From positions 6,270-70,269 of the forward strand of contig SCUM01000002.1 in NCBI GenBank assembly GCA_004297215.1: DNA of 64,000 bases. Direction: 5' to 3'. This document shows, piece by piece, positions 9,185 to 18,300 of this stretch. The DNA is from Patescibacteria group bacterium (GTDB taxonomy: Bacteria; Patescibacteriota; Patescibacteriia; UBA9934; GWF2-40-263). The notes below the pieces were generated by a model. That model saw nothing but the letters and a program-made list of their open reading frames with translations. It had not been told where the DNA came from and did not search any database. Every line of letters begins with the position of its first letter. Within the stretch, counting starts at the first letter, position 1. Both the position numbers and the translations under genes were made by a program.

Positions 9185-10447
9185 CTACATCATCTTCTTC
9201 CTGATGAACGCCGGGATCTCCATGTCGTCCTCTTCCGCCACGGGTTTGGGCATCTGGGGCGGCGGGGGGATGAAGGGCTTGGGGGCCGGCTTCGAGGGAG
9301 GCCGAGGCTCCGGGCGCGACTCTTCCGCGGGCGGCAGCGGGGCGGGCATGGCCGGCTTCGGAGGCGGGCTAAACGCGTTCACGCGGGGCTTGCCCGTAAG
9401 GCGGTCCTCCTCGCGCGGGCGCAGGAAGGTGCTGGGCGTCCAGGTGCCTTGAGAGGCGACCTCGACGGCGCCGGGCGCCGTGAGCCGGCGGTCGCGGCTG
9501 TCGAAGCCGGTGGCGACCACGGTGATGCGGATCTCCTCCTTGAGCCCGTCGTCGATGTTGGCGCCGAAGATGACCTTGGCGTCCTCGTCGGCCGCGCCGG
9601 TGATGATCTTCGCGGCCTCGGCCACCTCGTGCATGCCCAGGTCCTTGCCTCCGGTGATGGTGAACAGGATCCCCTTGGCCCCGTCGATGGACAGTTCCAA
9701 AAGCGGGCTCGCGATCGCCTGCTTGGCCGCTTCCGCGGCGCGGTTCTCGCCCGTGGAGCGCCCGATGCCCATGAGCGCCGAGCCGGAACGCTCCATGATG
9801 GCCTTCACGTCGGCGAAGTCCACGTTGATGAGGCCGGGAATGGTGATGAGCTCGGCGATCCCCTGCACGCCCTGGCGCAGCACGTCGTCGACCACGGCGA
9901 ACGCCTCGATGAGCGAGGTCTTCTTGTCGATGATCTGGAGCACCCGGTCGTTGGGGATGGTGATGATGGCGTCCACGTGCTGGATGAGCCGGTCGAACCC
10001 CTCCTCGGCGATGCGTCGGCGCTGCGCCCCCTCGAAGGAGAACGGCTTGGTGACCACGGCCACGGTGAGCGCGCCGAGCTCCTTGCAGATCTTCGCGACC
10101 TCCGGGATGGCGCCCGTGCCGGTCCCGCCGCCCAGCCCGCAGGTGAGGAACACCATGTCGGCGCCCTCGATGGCCGCGCGGATCTCGGCCGCGTTCTCTT
10201 CGGCCGCGCGCATGCCGACCTCCGGGTTCATGCCGGCGCCCAGGCCGCGCGTGAGCGTCTTGCCGATCGCGATGCGGTTCGATGCCAGGTTCTGGTTGAG
10301 CGCCTGCACGTCGGTGTTGATCGCGATGAAATCCACCCCCTTGATCTTCTCGCTGATCATGCGCGTGACCGCGGCGCTTCCGCCCCCGCCGATGCCGGCC
10401 ACCTTGATGCGGGCGAACGTCTCGATGTCGGGCTTCACCTCTGCCAT
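9185..10447 (-). CDS. ftsZ: Cell division protein FtsZ
   Basis: IKVAGIGGGG, GLGAG, GGGTGTG, NVDFAD, C-terminal EIPAFIRKK. Confidence 0.98.
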   Translation of the reverse strand: MAEVKPDIETFARIKVAGIGGGGSAAVTRMISEKIKGVDFIAINTDVQALNQNLASNRIAIGKTLTRGLGAGMNPEVGMRAAEENAAEIRAAIEGADMVFLTCGLGGGTGTGAIPEVAKICKELGALTVAVVTKPFSFEGAQRRRIAEEGFDRLIQHVDAIITIPNDRVLQIIDKKTSLIEAFAVVDDVLRQGVQGIAELITIPGLINVDFADVKAIMERSGSALMGIGRSTGENRAAEAAKQAIASPLLELSIDGAKGILFTITGGKDLGMHEVAEAAKIITGAADEDAKVIFGANIDDGLKEEIRITVVATGFDSRDRRLTAPGAVEVASQGTWTPSTFLRPREEDRLTGKPRVNAFSPPPKPAMPAPLPPAEESRPEPRPPSKPAPKPFIPPPPQMPKPVAEEDDMEIPAFIRKKMM

Positions 10448-10556
10448 ACGGGTCATGTCATGGTGGTTCAGGTTGAACACGTTATGTGTTCAAAATCCGC
10501 TGTCTTAAGCGAAATCTGTGTAACTTTAGTGGCCAAGGAGTGGAGTGTCAAGAAAG

Positions 10557-10594
10557 AAAAAACCCCGCCTTTCTCGAAAGGCGGGGCCCTTTTC
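10557..10594 (-). terminator. Hairpin/terminator between ftsA and ftsZ
   Basis: AAAAAACCCCGCCTTT-CTCG-AAAGGCGGGG; U-tract on minus strand. Confidence 0.6.
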
Positions 10595-10596
10595 CG

Positions 10597-11859
10597 CTAA
10601 GGCTTCATCGAGCCGAACATTTTCTTGAAAATTGACCCCAGCTTATCCACACCGCGCATCTTCCCAAACAGTTTCCCGAGCCCGCTGCGCGCGTCTCCGG
10701 TCCCGCGGACGTGCTGTCCCCACAGTACGAGCCCGATGGCCGTGGAAAGCGCCGGATCGCCGGCGCGGTCGATGACCGAGGAAATCCCGATAGGGGTGCC
10801 GATCGCGGCAGGCAGGCGCAGCACGGCCTTGGCCGCGTCGAGGATCCCGGCAAGGCGCGCGCCGCCTCCGGTGAGCACCACGCCGGCCGGAAGCATCCCG
10901 CTGCGGTCCACCTTGGCGAGCTCGCGGTCCACCATCTCGAAGATCTCCTGCACGCGGGCCTCTGCAATCTCCGCCACGAACCGGCGGCTCACCATCTCGT
11001 CCTCGGCGGCTCCCACGTCGGCGAGATTCACCTCTTCTTTCTTGTGCACGTCCTCGGGCATGCAGGTGCCAAAGTGGAGCTTGACCTGCTCGGCGACCTC
11101 GATGGAGGTGCGCAGGCCGATGGCGATGTCCGACGTCACGTGGTCGCCGCCCAAGGGAAGCACGGCCGTGTGGCGCACGTCCCCTTCCTCATACAGGGCA
11201 AGGCTGGTGGTGCTTGCCCCGATGTTCACCACGCACACGCCAAGCTCGCGCTGCCGATCGGTGACGACCGCCTCGGAGGTGGCGAGGATGGAAAACACCA
11301 GGTCCTCGATGTCGAGCCCGGTGCGGTACACGCATTTGGTGAGGGTGCGGATCTGGCTCGACAGCCCTTCGATGATGAGGGCATCCACCTCGAGGCGGAT
11401 GCCGTTCATGCCGACCGGATCCTTGATGCCGCGCTGACCGTCCACGATGAAGCTCTTGGGGATCACGTGGATGATCTCGTAATTGGTTGGGGTCGCCACG
11501 GTGCGGGCGGCCTCGATGGCGCGCTCCACGTCTTCATCCCTGATTTCCCCGTCGCTGCGCCCGACGCCCACCACCCCTCGGCTCTCCTGGGCGATGATGT
11601 GGCTCCCCGAAATGCCGACCCACGCGGAAGACACCGGCACGCCCGTGATGCGCTCGGCTTGCTCAAGCGCCTTGGAGACGCTCGAAACCGCGTCTTCGAG
11701 GTTGGTGACCGTCCCCTTGGCGATGCCAGAAGAAGGCACCTCCACGGCGCCGATCACGTGCATCTGTACCTTTCCGCCCGGGGCGGGCACCGGCTTCCCC
11801 ACCGCCACGCGGATGCTTTGGGAGCCGATGTCCAATCCAGCGTAAATTTCATCCGCCAT
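10597..11859 (-). CDS. ftsA: Cell division protein FtsA
   Basis: GLDIGS, IHVIP..FIVDG..IKDPVGM.G.RLE, GGDHVTSDI, VLTGGG; upstream of ftsZ. Confidence 0.97.
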   Translation of the reverse strand: MADEIYAGLDIGSQSIRVAVGKPVPAPGGKVQMHVIGAVEVPSSGIAKGTVTNLEDAVSSVSKALEQAERITGVPVSSAWVGISGSHIIAQESRGVVGVGRSDGEIRDEDVERAIEAARTVATPTNYEIIHVIPKSFIVDGQRGIKDPVGMNGIRLEVDALIIEGLSSQIRTLTKCVYRTGLDIEDLVFSILATSEAVVTDRQRELGVCVVNIGASTTSLALYEEGDVRHTAVLPLGGDHVTSDIAIGLRTSIEVAEQVKLHFGTCMPEDVHKKEEVNLADVGAAEDEMVSRRFVAEIAEARVQEIFEMVDRELAKVDRSGMLPAGVVLTGGGARLAGILDAAKAVLRLPAAIGTPIGISSVIDRAGDPALSTAIGLVLWGQHVRGTGDARSGLGKLFGKMRGVDKLGSIFKKMFGSMKP

Positions 11860-11891
11860 ACGCGTGTCACCAGTATACCCGCGGGAAGGCC

Positions 11892-12257
11892 CTAGAACAA
11901 GGTCGAAAGCCTCGGGACGAAGATGACCAGGCCGACCACGGCCGCCACCAGGGACGCGATGAGCACCGTGGCGGCCATGATGTCCTTGATGTCCCCCACC
12001 ACCGGGTGCAGGCGCGGCTTGAAGCCGTCCACGATGCGCTCGAACACGCTGTTCACCAGTTCCAAGGTGAGCACCGCGCCGATGAGCAGGACGAGGAGGA
12101 TGAATTCCGTCGTACGCACGTGCAGGACGAGCGCCGAGGCGACGACCGCCAGGCCGGCGATCGCCTGCAGGCGAAAGCTTTGCTCGTCTCGAAACACCAC
12201 GCGGATGCCGTGCAGCGCGTAGCGGAAACTCTTGAACAGGCGGCGGATCTCGATCAT
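11892..12257 (-). CDS. dgkA: Prokaryotic diacylglycerol/undecaprenol kinase family protein
   Basis: SFRYALHG, ELVNSVFERIVD, IKDIMAATVL; ybeY-dgkA synteny. Confidence 0.9.
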   Translation of the reverse strand: MIEIRRLFKSFRYALHGIRVVFRDEQSFRLQAIAGLAVVASALVLHVRTTEFILLVLLIGAVLTLELVNSVFERIVDGFKPRLHPVVGDIKDIMAATVLIASLVAAVVGLVIFVPRLSTLF

Positions 12258-12263
12258 AGCGAG

Positions 12264-12335
12264 GAAGGCGATGAAGGCGATGAAGGCCTCAGGCGGACAA
12301 GGCCTCAGGCGGACAAGGCCTCAGGCGTAAGGCGA
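12264..12335. repeat. AAGGC/GCCTT-family repeat with tandem GGCCTCAGGCGGACAA units, overlapping the ybeY 3' end
   Basis: One of 8 related copies in the window. Confidence 0.75.
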
Positions 12336-12763
12336 GGATTGATACCGAGCTTTGTGAGGATGCGCGCTTGGAGCGGGAACATCTTCTTCGCGTCCGAAGG
12401 GCGTTCGTGATCGTATCCAAACAGGTGGAGGACGCCATGCACGAGCAGGAACAGCACCTCGTCGCGCGCGGAATGCTTCATCTCCTTCGCCTGCCGAGCG
12501 GCCTGTTCGTAGCAAATAAGGACTTCCCCCGTTTCCGCCCTTTCCAGCCTTCCGAACGAAAGCACGTCCGTCACCTTGTCCGATCCGCGCCATTGCCTGT
12601 TGAGCGCGCGCATCTCCCGCTCGGACACGAACGCGATAGAAATCTCCGTATCTCTGCGAAGCCGCAACGCGGCGGACACCGCCTTGAGGGCCCGACCAAC
12701 GTCCGCTTCTTTGACGCGCTGCCCCCCTTTCAGGCGCGACTGGTTCAGTTCGAAATTTATCAT
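12305..12763 (-). CDS. ybeY: rRNA maturation RNase YbeY
   Basis: LNRQWRG.DKVTDVLSF, HGVLHLFGYDH; start re-placed at 12763. Confidence 0.95.
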   Translation of the reverse strand: MINFELNQSRLKGGQRVKEADVGRALKAVSAALRLRRDTEISIAFVSEREMRALNRQWRGSDKVTDVLSFGRLERAETGEVLICYEQAARQAKEMKHSARDEVLFLLVHGVLHLFGYDHERPSDAKKMFPLQARILTKLGINPRLTPEALSA

Positions 12764-12768
12764 ATCCT

Positions 12769-12853
12769 GTCTTTGCGAGGAGGTCCTCAGACCGACGAAG
12801 CAATCTCCCGGGAGGTTGCTTCGTCGCCTGGACGGCATGCTCCTCGCAAAGAC
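12769..12853. repeat. REP-like nested palindrome
   Basis: GTCTTTGCGAGGA..CGACGAAGCAATCTC/GAGGTTGCTTCGTCG..TCCTCGCAAAGAC. Confidence 0.65.
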
Positions 12854-12854
12854 G

Positions 12855-13796
12855 TTATTTTCCCATCACGCTATTGATCATCATCTCAAAGGTCTTCGCG
12901 TAATCGACCGTCCCCTTGATGCCGAGGTCGTAGGCGAAGACAAGCGTCGTTGTCGCGTCCAGATCGACGGATACCGTCCTCCCGTCACTCGAACGATGGG
13001 CCGTGAGTCCGTTCTTCGTGGTAAAGACGGTCGCGTCCGGAGGCATCTGCAGGACATCTGGTCCGGCGACGCTCACGCGCTCGCCGGTCATCGCGGAAAA
13101 ATCCCCGATGAAACCCGAATCGGCCGTGTTCGCCCATCCTACCGGAAACAGGAACGAGTAGGTGCCGCCGTCATACGCCTTCACCACTCCCGCTTCGAAC
13201 AGCGTCCTTGGCGCGACGGCGGCCGGGTTGTAGCGGTTCTCCACCTCCAGGCCGTCGACGTACCCGTCCGCGTCGGTGTCCGGCCTGTTCGGATCGGAGA
13301 CGTAAATCAGGTTTTCCTCAAGGTCGCTCAATCCGTCCCCGTCCGTGTCGGCGCCCGGGACGGCGGTGGATGGCGTCGGCTCGGGAGCCGGTTCGGGTTC
13401 GGGGGGAGGTTCGGGCGCGGGTTGCGGGATCGGCTCCGGCGCGGGAACCGGACGTGGAGCGGGCTGTGTCGGTTCGGAGACTTGCGGTCGGGTGATGAAA
13501 TAGGCACCGATCCCAAGGCCGAGGATGAGCAGGACGCCGGCGATGATGAGCGCCTTGTTGGGACCGGCCTTGCGCTTGGGGACAGGCTTGCCTGTGGGCG
13601 CAGGCGGCTTTGGAGGAGGGGGCGGGGCGATGACCTTCGTCGGCGGGGGCGGCGCCGGAGGCTTCGGCTGGGCCATCGGCTGGGCTCCGCCGCGGTACTT
13701 TTCCGGCATCACGAACATGGCCGGCATGGGACGTGCCGTGGCCGGAGTCGCTCCGGGAGGAGTCTGCAGCGGTTGCGGAGGCTGTGGCGCGGCCAT
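12855..13796 (-). CDS. Single-TM protein with Pro-rich N-terminus and DxDxDG (thrombospondin type-3-like) Ca-binding repeats
   Basis: TM ALIIAGVLLILGLGIGAYF; DTDGDGLSD, DTDADGYVDG. Confidence 0.8.
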   Translation of the reverse strand: MAAPQPPQPLQTPPGATPATARPMPAMFVMPEKYRGGAQPMAQPKPPAPPPPTKVIAPPPPPKPPAPTGKPVPKRKAGPNKALIIAGVLLILGLGIGAYFITRPQVSEPTQPAPRPVPAPEPIPQPAPEPPPEPEPAPEPTPSTAVPGADTDGDGLSDLEENLIYVSDPNRPDTDADGYVDGLEVENRYNPAAVAPRTLFEAGVVKAYDGGTYSFLFPVGWANTADSGFIGDFSAMTGERVSVAGPDVLQMPPDATVFTTKNGLTAHRSSDGRTVSVDLDATTTLVFAYDLGIKGTVDYAKTFEMMINSVMGK

Positions 13797-13808
13797 GACG
13801 GAATTGAT

Positions 13809-14411
13809 TTACGGAGCGGCGGGCGGGGCCGACAGGAGCTTGCCGGGACCGTTCGGGTTGTAGCCGTTCTTCACCTCGTCGCCATCCTTGAACGTGTCGC
13901 CGTCAGTGTCGGGATTGAGCGGATCGGTCTTGTACGCCTCCATCTCTTCCCGGTCGAACAGGCCGTCGGCGTCCGAATCGGCCTCCACCGGGCTCGTGCC
14001 AAGTTGCGCCTCTTGCGCGTCGGTAAGTCCGTCCTTGTCCTGATCCGGCTCCGGCGACGCGGGAGGGGTCACCGCGGGCGCGGTCGGCGGCGCCGTGACG
14101 GCGGCGGGAGCGGCCGGAGCGACGGGCGTGCCGGTATCCTCGGACACGGCGTTCGACACGTCCGGGACGCCTGGCGTGGCGGGCGTGCGGGCCGAAAGAA
14201 GGAGGAACGACAATCCGGCGGCAGCGGCGATGACGAGGATCACGGCCAGGATGACGAGCACGGCCTTCCAGGGAAAGCCTCCGCCGCCCGACGTCGGTTC
14301 GTAGGATGCGGGCGCGACGGGCGCTGCCGGAGTTGGCGCGGCTTGTCGGGAGACTGCTGCCGGAGTTGGCGCTCCCGTTTCCGCAAACATGTCTTCGGGT
14401 TCGTCGAACAT
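13809..14411 (-). CDS. Single-TM protein with DxDxDG Ca-binding repeats
   Basis: DQDKDGLTD, DSDADGLFD, DTDGDTFKDGDEVKNGYNPNGPGKL; likely start MFDEPED. Confidence 0.8.
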   Translation of the reverse strand: MFDEPEDMFAETGAPTPAAVSRQAAPTPAAPVAPASYEPTSGGGGFPWKAVLVILAVILVIAAAAGLSFLLLSARTPATPGVPDVSNAVSEDTGTPVAPAAPAAVTAPPTAPAVTPPASPEPDQDKDGLTDAQEAQLGTSPVEADSDADGLFDREEMEAYKTDPLNPDTDGDTFKDGDEVKNGYNPNGPGKLLSAPPAAP

Positions 14412-14420
14412 AGGATGTCG

Positions 14421-14493
14421 AGGCATGAAGGCCTCAGGCGTGAAGGCGTGAAGGATTTTCCTGAAGCCTTGTCCGCCTCAGGCCTTATCGCCT
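14421..14493. repeat. AAGGC/GCCTT-family palindromic repeat
   Basis: GAAGGCCTCAGGCGTGAAGGC..GCCTTGTCCGCCTCAGGCCTTATCGCC. Confidence 0.75.
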
Positions 14494-14500
14494 AATGATA

Positions 14501-15337
14501 TCACAATTTCCCCGGACCATTGGGGTCGTACCCCGCCGCGACTTCGTCGCCGTCGTCGAACCCGTCGCCGTCGGTGTCGGATTTGGTGGGCGACGTGCCG
14601 TAGTCGCGTTCGGAAAGGACCGTGAGACCGTCATGGTCGCCGTCGGTTTCGGCAACGATGTCGAGGCAACGGTCCATGTCGGGTCCGGCCTGTTCGCACA
14701 ACGCCGGATCCCCGGCCGCGATGGCGGTTTCCGTCTGCTTCATCCCGTCGCAGGTTGCGGCATCCCCGCCGCGCGAGGCGCAATTGGCCGAAGTGGTGGG
14801 TTCGATCTGCTGCACGCAGGAGCTCCGATACCCTTCCCCCTTGATTGCCTCGCACCGGGCGACGTCGTGCGCGGCAACGGCCATGAGAAACGCCACGTTG
14901 TCGGCGCAGGTCCCGCGCAGTTCCGGATCTACCATCCCGTCACACAGGGCGGGATCCCCTTGCTCTTTGGCCACCGACCACAGGCAGCTGTCGCGCGCCT
15001 CCCCCGCGAGCGCATCGCACGGGTCCGACGAGGCGGCATTGGTCGCCAGCTCGGTGAGCTTCACTTTACGGCAACCGTCGGGATTCTTGGCCGCGTCGCA
15101 CTCCGCGGAGGTCGCCTCGATCTGCGATGGCGACACGGGCGCGGACGTCGGCCCAGCGCCTCGACGCAATGCGACGAACGCCACGACGGCGATCGCAAGC
15201 ACGACGGCGCCGACCGCGATGCCAATGACGATCGGACGGCGCGAAGGGGCCGGAGCCGGCGGCTCGACGTAGGATGTCGGGGCCGGAGCTGGCGCGTATG
15301 ACGGCGCAGGTTGCGTTTGGTACGTGTCGCCATTCAT
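14501..15337 (-). CDS. Single-TM protein with Cys-paired helical repeats and C-terminal DxDxDG repeats
   Basis: Repeats such as DPALCD..LRGTC and DVARCEAI..YRSSC; ends DTDGDGFDDGDEVAAGYDPNGPGKL. Confidence 0.8.
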   Translation of the reverse strand: MNGDTYQTQPAPSYAPAPAPTSYVEPPAPAPSRRPIVIGIAVGAVVLAIAVVAFVALRRGAGPTSAPVSPSQIEATSAECDAAKNPDGCRKVKLTELATNAASSDPCDALAGEARDSCLWSVAKEQGDPALCDGMVDPELRGTCADNVAFLMAVAAHDVARCEAIKGEGYRSSCVQQIEPTTSANCASRGGDAATCDGMKQTETAIAAGDPALCEQAGPDMDRCLDIVAETDGDHDGLTVLSERDYGTSPTKSDTDGDGFDDGDEVAAGYDPNGPGKL

Positions 15338-15340
15338 ACG

Positions 15341-18300
15341 CTACGGGGTAAGCGGGCAGTAGGTGATGGAGAAATCCTCCATCTTGAGGCTGTTGCCCTC
15401 GGAATCATACGTCACGGACAGCGGAATCACCTGCGTCTGGTCGGAGCAGCCGAATTCTTGCGGGAACGGGAGGAGGATGTTGCGCCCGTCCTGCACGCCG
15501 CCCGAGGACTCCACGGCGGTCCCGTCCGCGTTCACGGTGTAGGAGATGACGAACCCGAGGATGTTGGCGACGATCTGGGTGAACATGTCCGTAATCCCCT
15601 CCGCGGTGGTGGCTTCGTAGGAATAATCGATGCCGTCGCTCCCCAGGCCGCAGCCAGTCTCGTTGGAGTATGGTTTATTGGGGTCAAAGATGGAAGCCGT
15701 TTCATCATAATGCGATCCGGGACAGACGTCGTCAGACAGATGGCGCATAAAGCTGACGAGCGAATCCGTACTGCTGATGACCGCCGTATAGATGTCCACG
15801 TCCGGATATTTTTGTATCCCATTCGTGTTCTTTACGGTATCCATCGTGATCTTCATCGTCACGCCGTCTCCCAAAGGTTCACCATCGCTCAACAGGATGA
15901 TGATCTTCTTGGATGCCGTCGAGGCATCCATGACCTCGAGTCCGGCGAGCAGACCTGCGTCGGTCGGCGTGCCCCCCGAGGCCGTGTAGGTGTCGATCTT
16001 TGCCTGGAGCGTGTTGACGTTCGTCGAGGCGGCGTTCGTGAGTAAGACGTCCTTGCAGGCCTTCCGGGCCGTGGAGGGAACGGTGAACACGGTCCCTGCC
16101 GGGGCCCCGGACGTGCATGTCCCGGGCGCTTTGAAACTCACCAACCCGATGCGGATCGTTTGACCGTGTTGCGTGGCCGTATCGAGGATGGTCTGGACCG
16201 CGGCCTTCTCCGCGTCCTTCACCGCTTCCATTCGTGTCTTTCCCCCACCAGATTGGGTGCCCATGCTTCCGGACACGTCGGTCACGAACACGATGTCCAC
16301 GCTCTGCGGCACGATGTCGTCTGAATCCACGTTGGCCGTGAGGCCGACCATGACCTTGCACGCCGGCACGAACAGGTCGGCGCGACGCGGCTGTGCGTCG
16401 GGGCTCGGATCGGTCACGCTAAACAGCGTGACCTTATTGCCTGGCAGCGCCCCCTCGATCTCCGGCTTCACCTGCACGGAATCCGTGCGGTACGAGAACG
16501 GGCATGAGGCGCGGCAATCGAGGCCGCAGGTGGGCATGACGCATGCGCCCGGCGCGGCGCAGGCGTACCCCGTGATTGATGGGATCGCGCAGGTCTTCCC
16601 GTTCTCCGGCCCGCCGTTGCAGGTCCCGAGATTGAGACAGCTGTAAATCCCCGCACAACGGGCCGTCCCATCCGCCTGAAGGCCGCATCCTTGGCCGGAC
16701 GACGTGTTCGGGCAATCGGCATAGGTGGCGCACGAACCGGCATGCGTGCCGGTCGCAAGCTCGATGCAGGTCTTGACCGGGAGGTTCACGTCGCAGAACT
16801 CCGGGCCGTTCTTGAGACTGTCGCCGCAGAATCCGCCGCTTCGCGTGCGGAACTGGCAGGCGGCGGTGCAGTAGTTGCACACCCCGCCGTAGGGCGCCGA
16901 ACATTCGACATTGTTGTTCACTCCTTCATCGCACGATTCCGTGCCGCCGGCCGTTTGGAGGAACACCTTGCCGTCGCCGCAGACGTTCTTCTGGCAAACG
17001 TTCGTGCACGCGTCGGTGTCCACGCGGTTGCCGTCATCGCACGCTTCACCCACGTCGAGGCGCCCGTTGCCGCAGGCGGGGACGTTCACCGCGCTGCACG
17101 CCGTGAACGCGTTGAACGTGCACGCCGAGCCGCCCCACGTCTGGCACGTGCGGGTGCGCGTAAGCGGGACGGCGGCGGTGCTGCAATGGCCCGTGGCGCC
17201 CGGCGAACAGCGTTCCACGCGGTTCCCTTCCGTGTCGATCTCCTCATAGCAGCTTCCGAACAGGTCACAGTCATCGTCGGTCGAACAGGTCGCTCCGAGG
17301 TTCCCCTGGTCGCACACCCGGCCGCTCCCGCACGCATTGGTGGAGGACGTGCCGCCACACGCGCTTCCCGGACACTCGGCATCCGTTTCGCACGGCTGGC
17401 TCGCACGGTCGCCCGCGATGCACAACTTCCCCGCATACGCCTCGGCGCCGGCGCCGTCACACTGCTCCGGCCCGTTCACGACGGCGTCGCCGCACGAAGG
17501 TCCGGGCTTGCGGCAATCGAAGGTGCAGCTCACCGAGGTGCTCGGGTTATATTGGCCATTGAGCGAGGCACCGCGGTCGCACTGCTCCGGCCCTTCCAGC
17601 TTGGCGTTGCCGCAGAAGAAGGCGTTCGCCGAGCTGCACTCCGGGCCGCAGTGGCCGAAGGTGCCGTTGAGCGCCCCGTCGTCGCAGGTCTCGGTCCCTT
17701 CCCGCACCCCGTTGCCGCAGGTGGGCGGCACGCACCCGGCCACCACGTCGAACCGACAGGTGCCGGCGTCGTTCACGCAGGCGAAGTTCTGGAACCCGTC
17801 CTGGACGGGATCCGTCCAGGGAACCGGACAGGACTCCGCGCGTACTTCCCCTATTTCGCATTCCTCATCAAGCCCCTTCACGCCGTCCCCGCACACCTGC
17901 GACCCGGCGGCGATCGGGATCCCCACGCAGAACAGCGGCATCGCCGCAAACCCGCGCGCGAGCCCGCCGGGCGGAGCCGAAGACGGGGCGGTCCGCTGTA
18001 AGTTGATGGCGTCGTCCACGGTGCCGGACAGATTCCCCGCCATGTCGAAGAACCGCACGGAAACGGTCTTGGAGCCGTTCGCGCCGGCAAGCGTGGCCGT
18101 GGCCGTGGCGCTGAATGCCACGGAGGGTTCGTTATCAAAATTCCCGTCGGTGGAAATCTGCATCGAGACGCACGCGTTCGCATCCGTGCAGACGAGCGCG
18201 AGGTTCACCACCGCGCTCGTGGTCTGCGCCGCGCCGCCGTTCACCGTCACCGGCCCCGCCTGCGGGTCAACGGTGTCGATGACCACCACCTGCGTATCCG

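Noticed and set aside
12264-12335. Tandem 16-nt repeats as a possible CRISPR array
   Set aside because: No unique spacers, units too short and abutting, no cas genes; belongs to the dispersed AAGGC family
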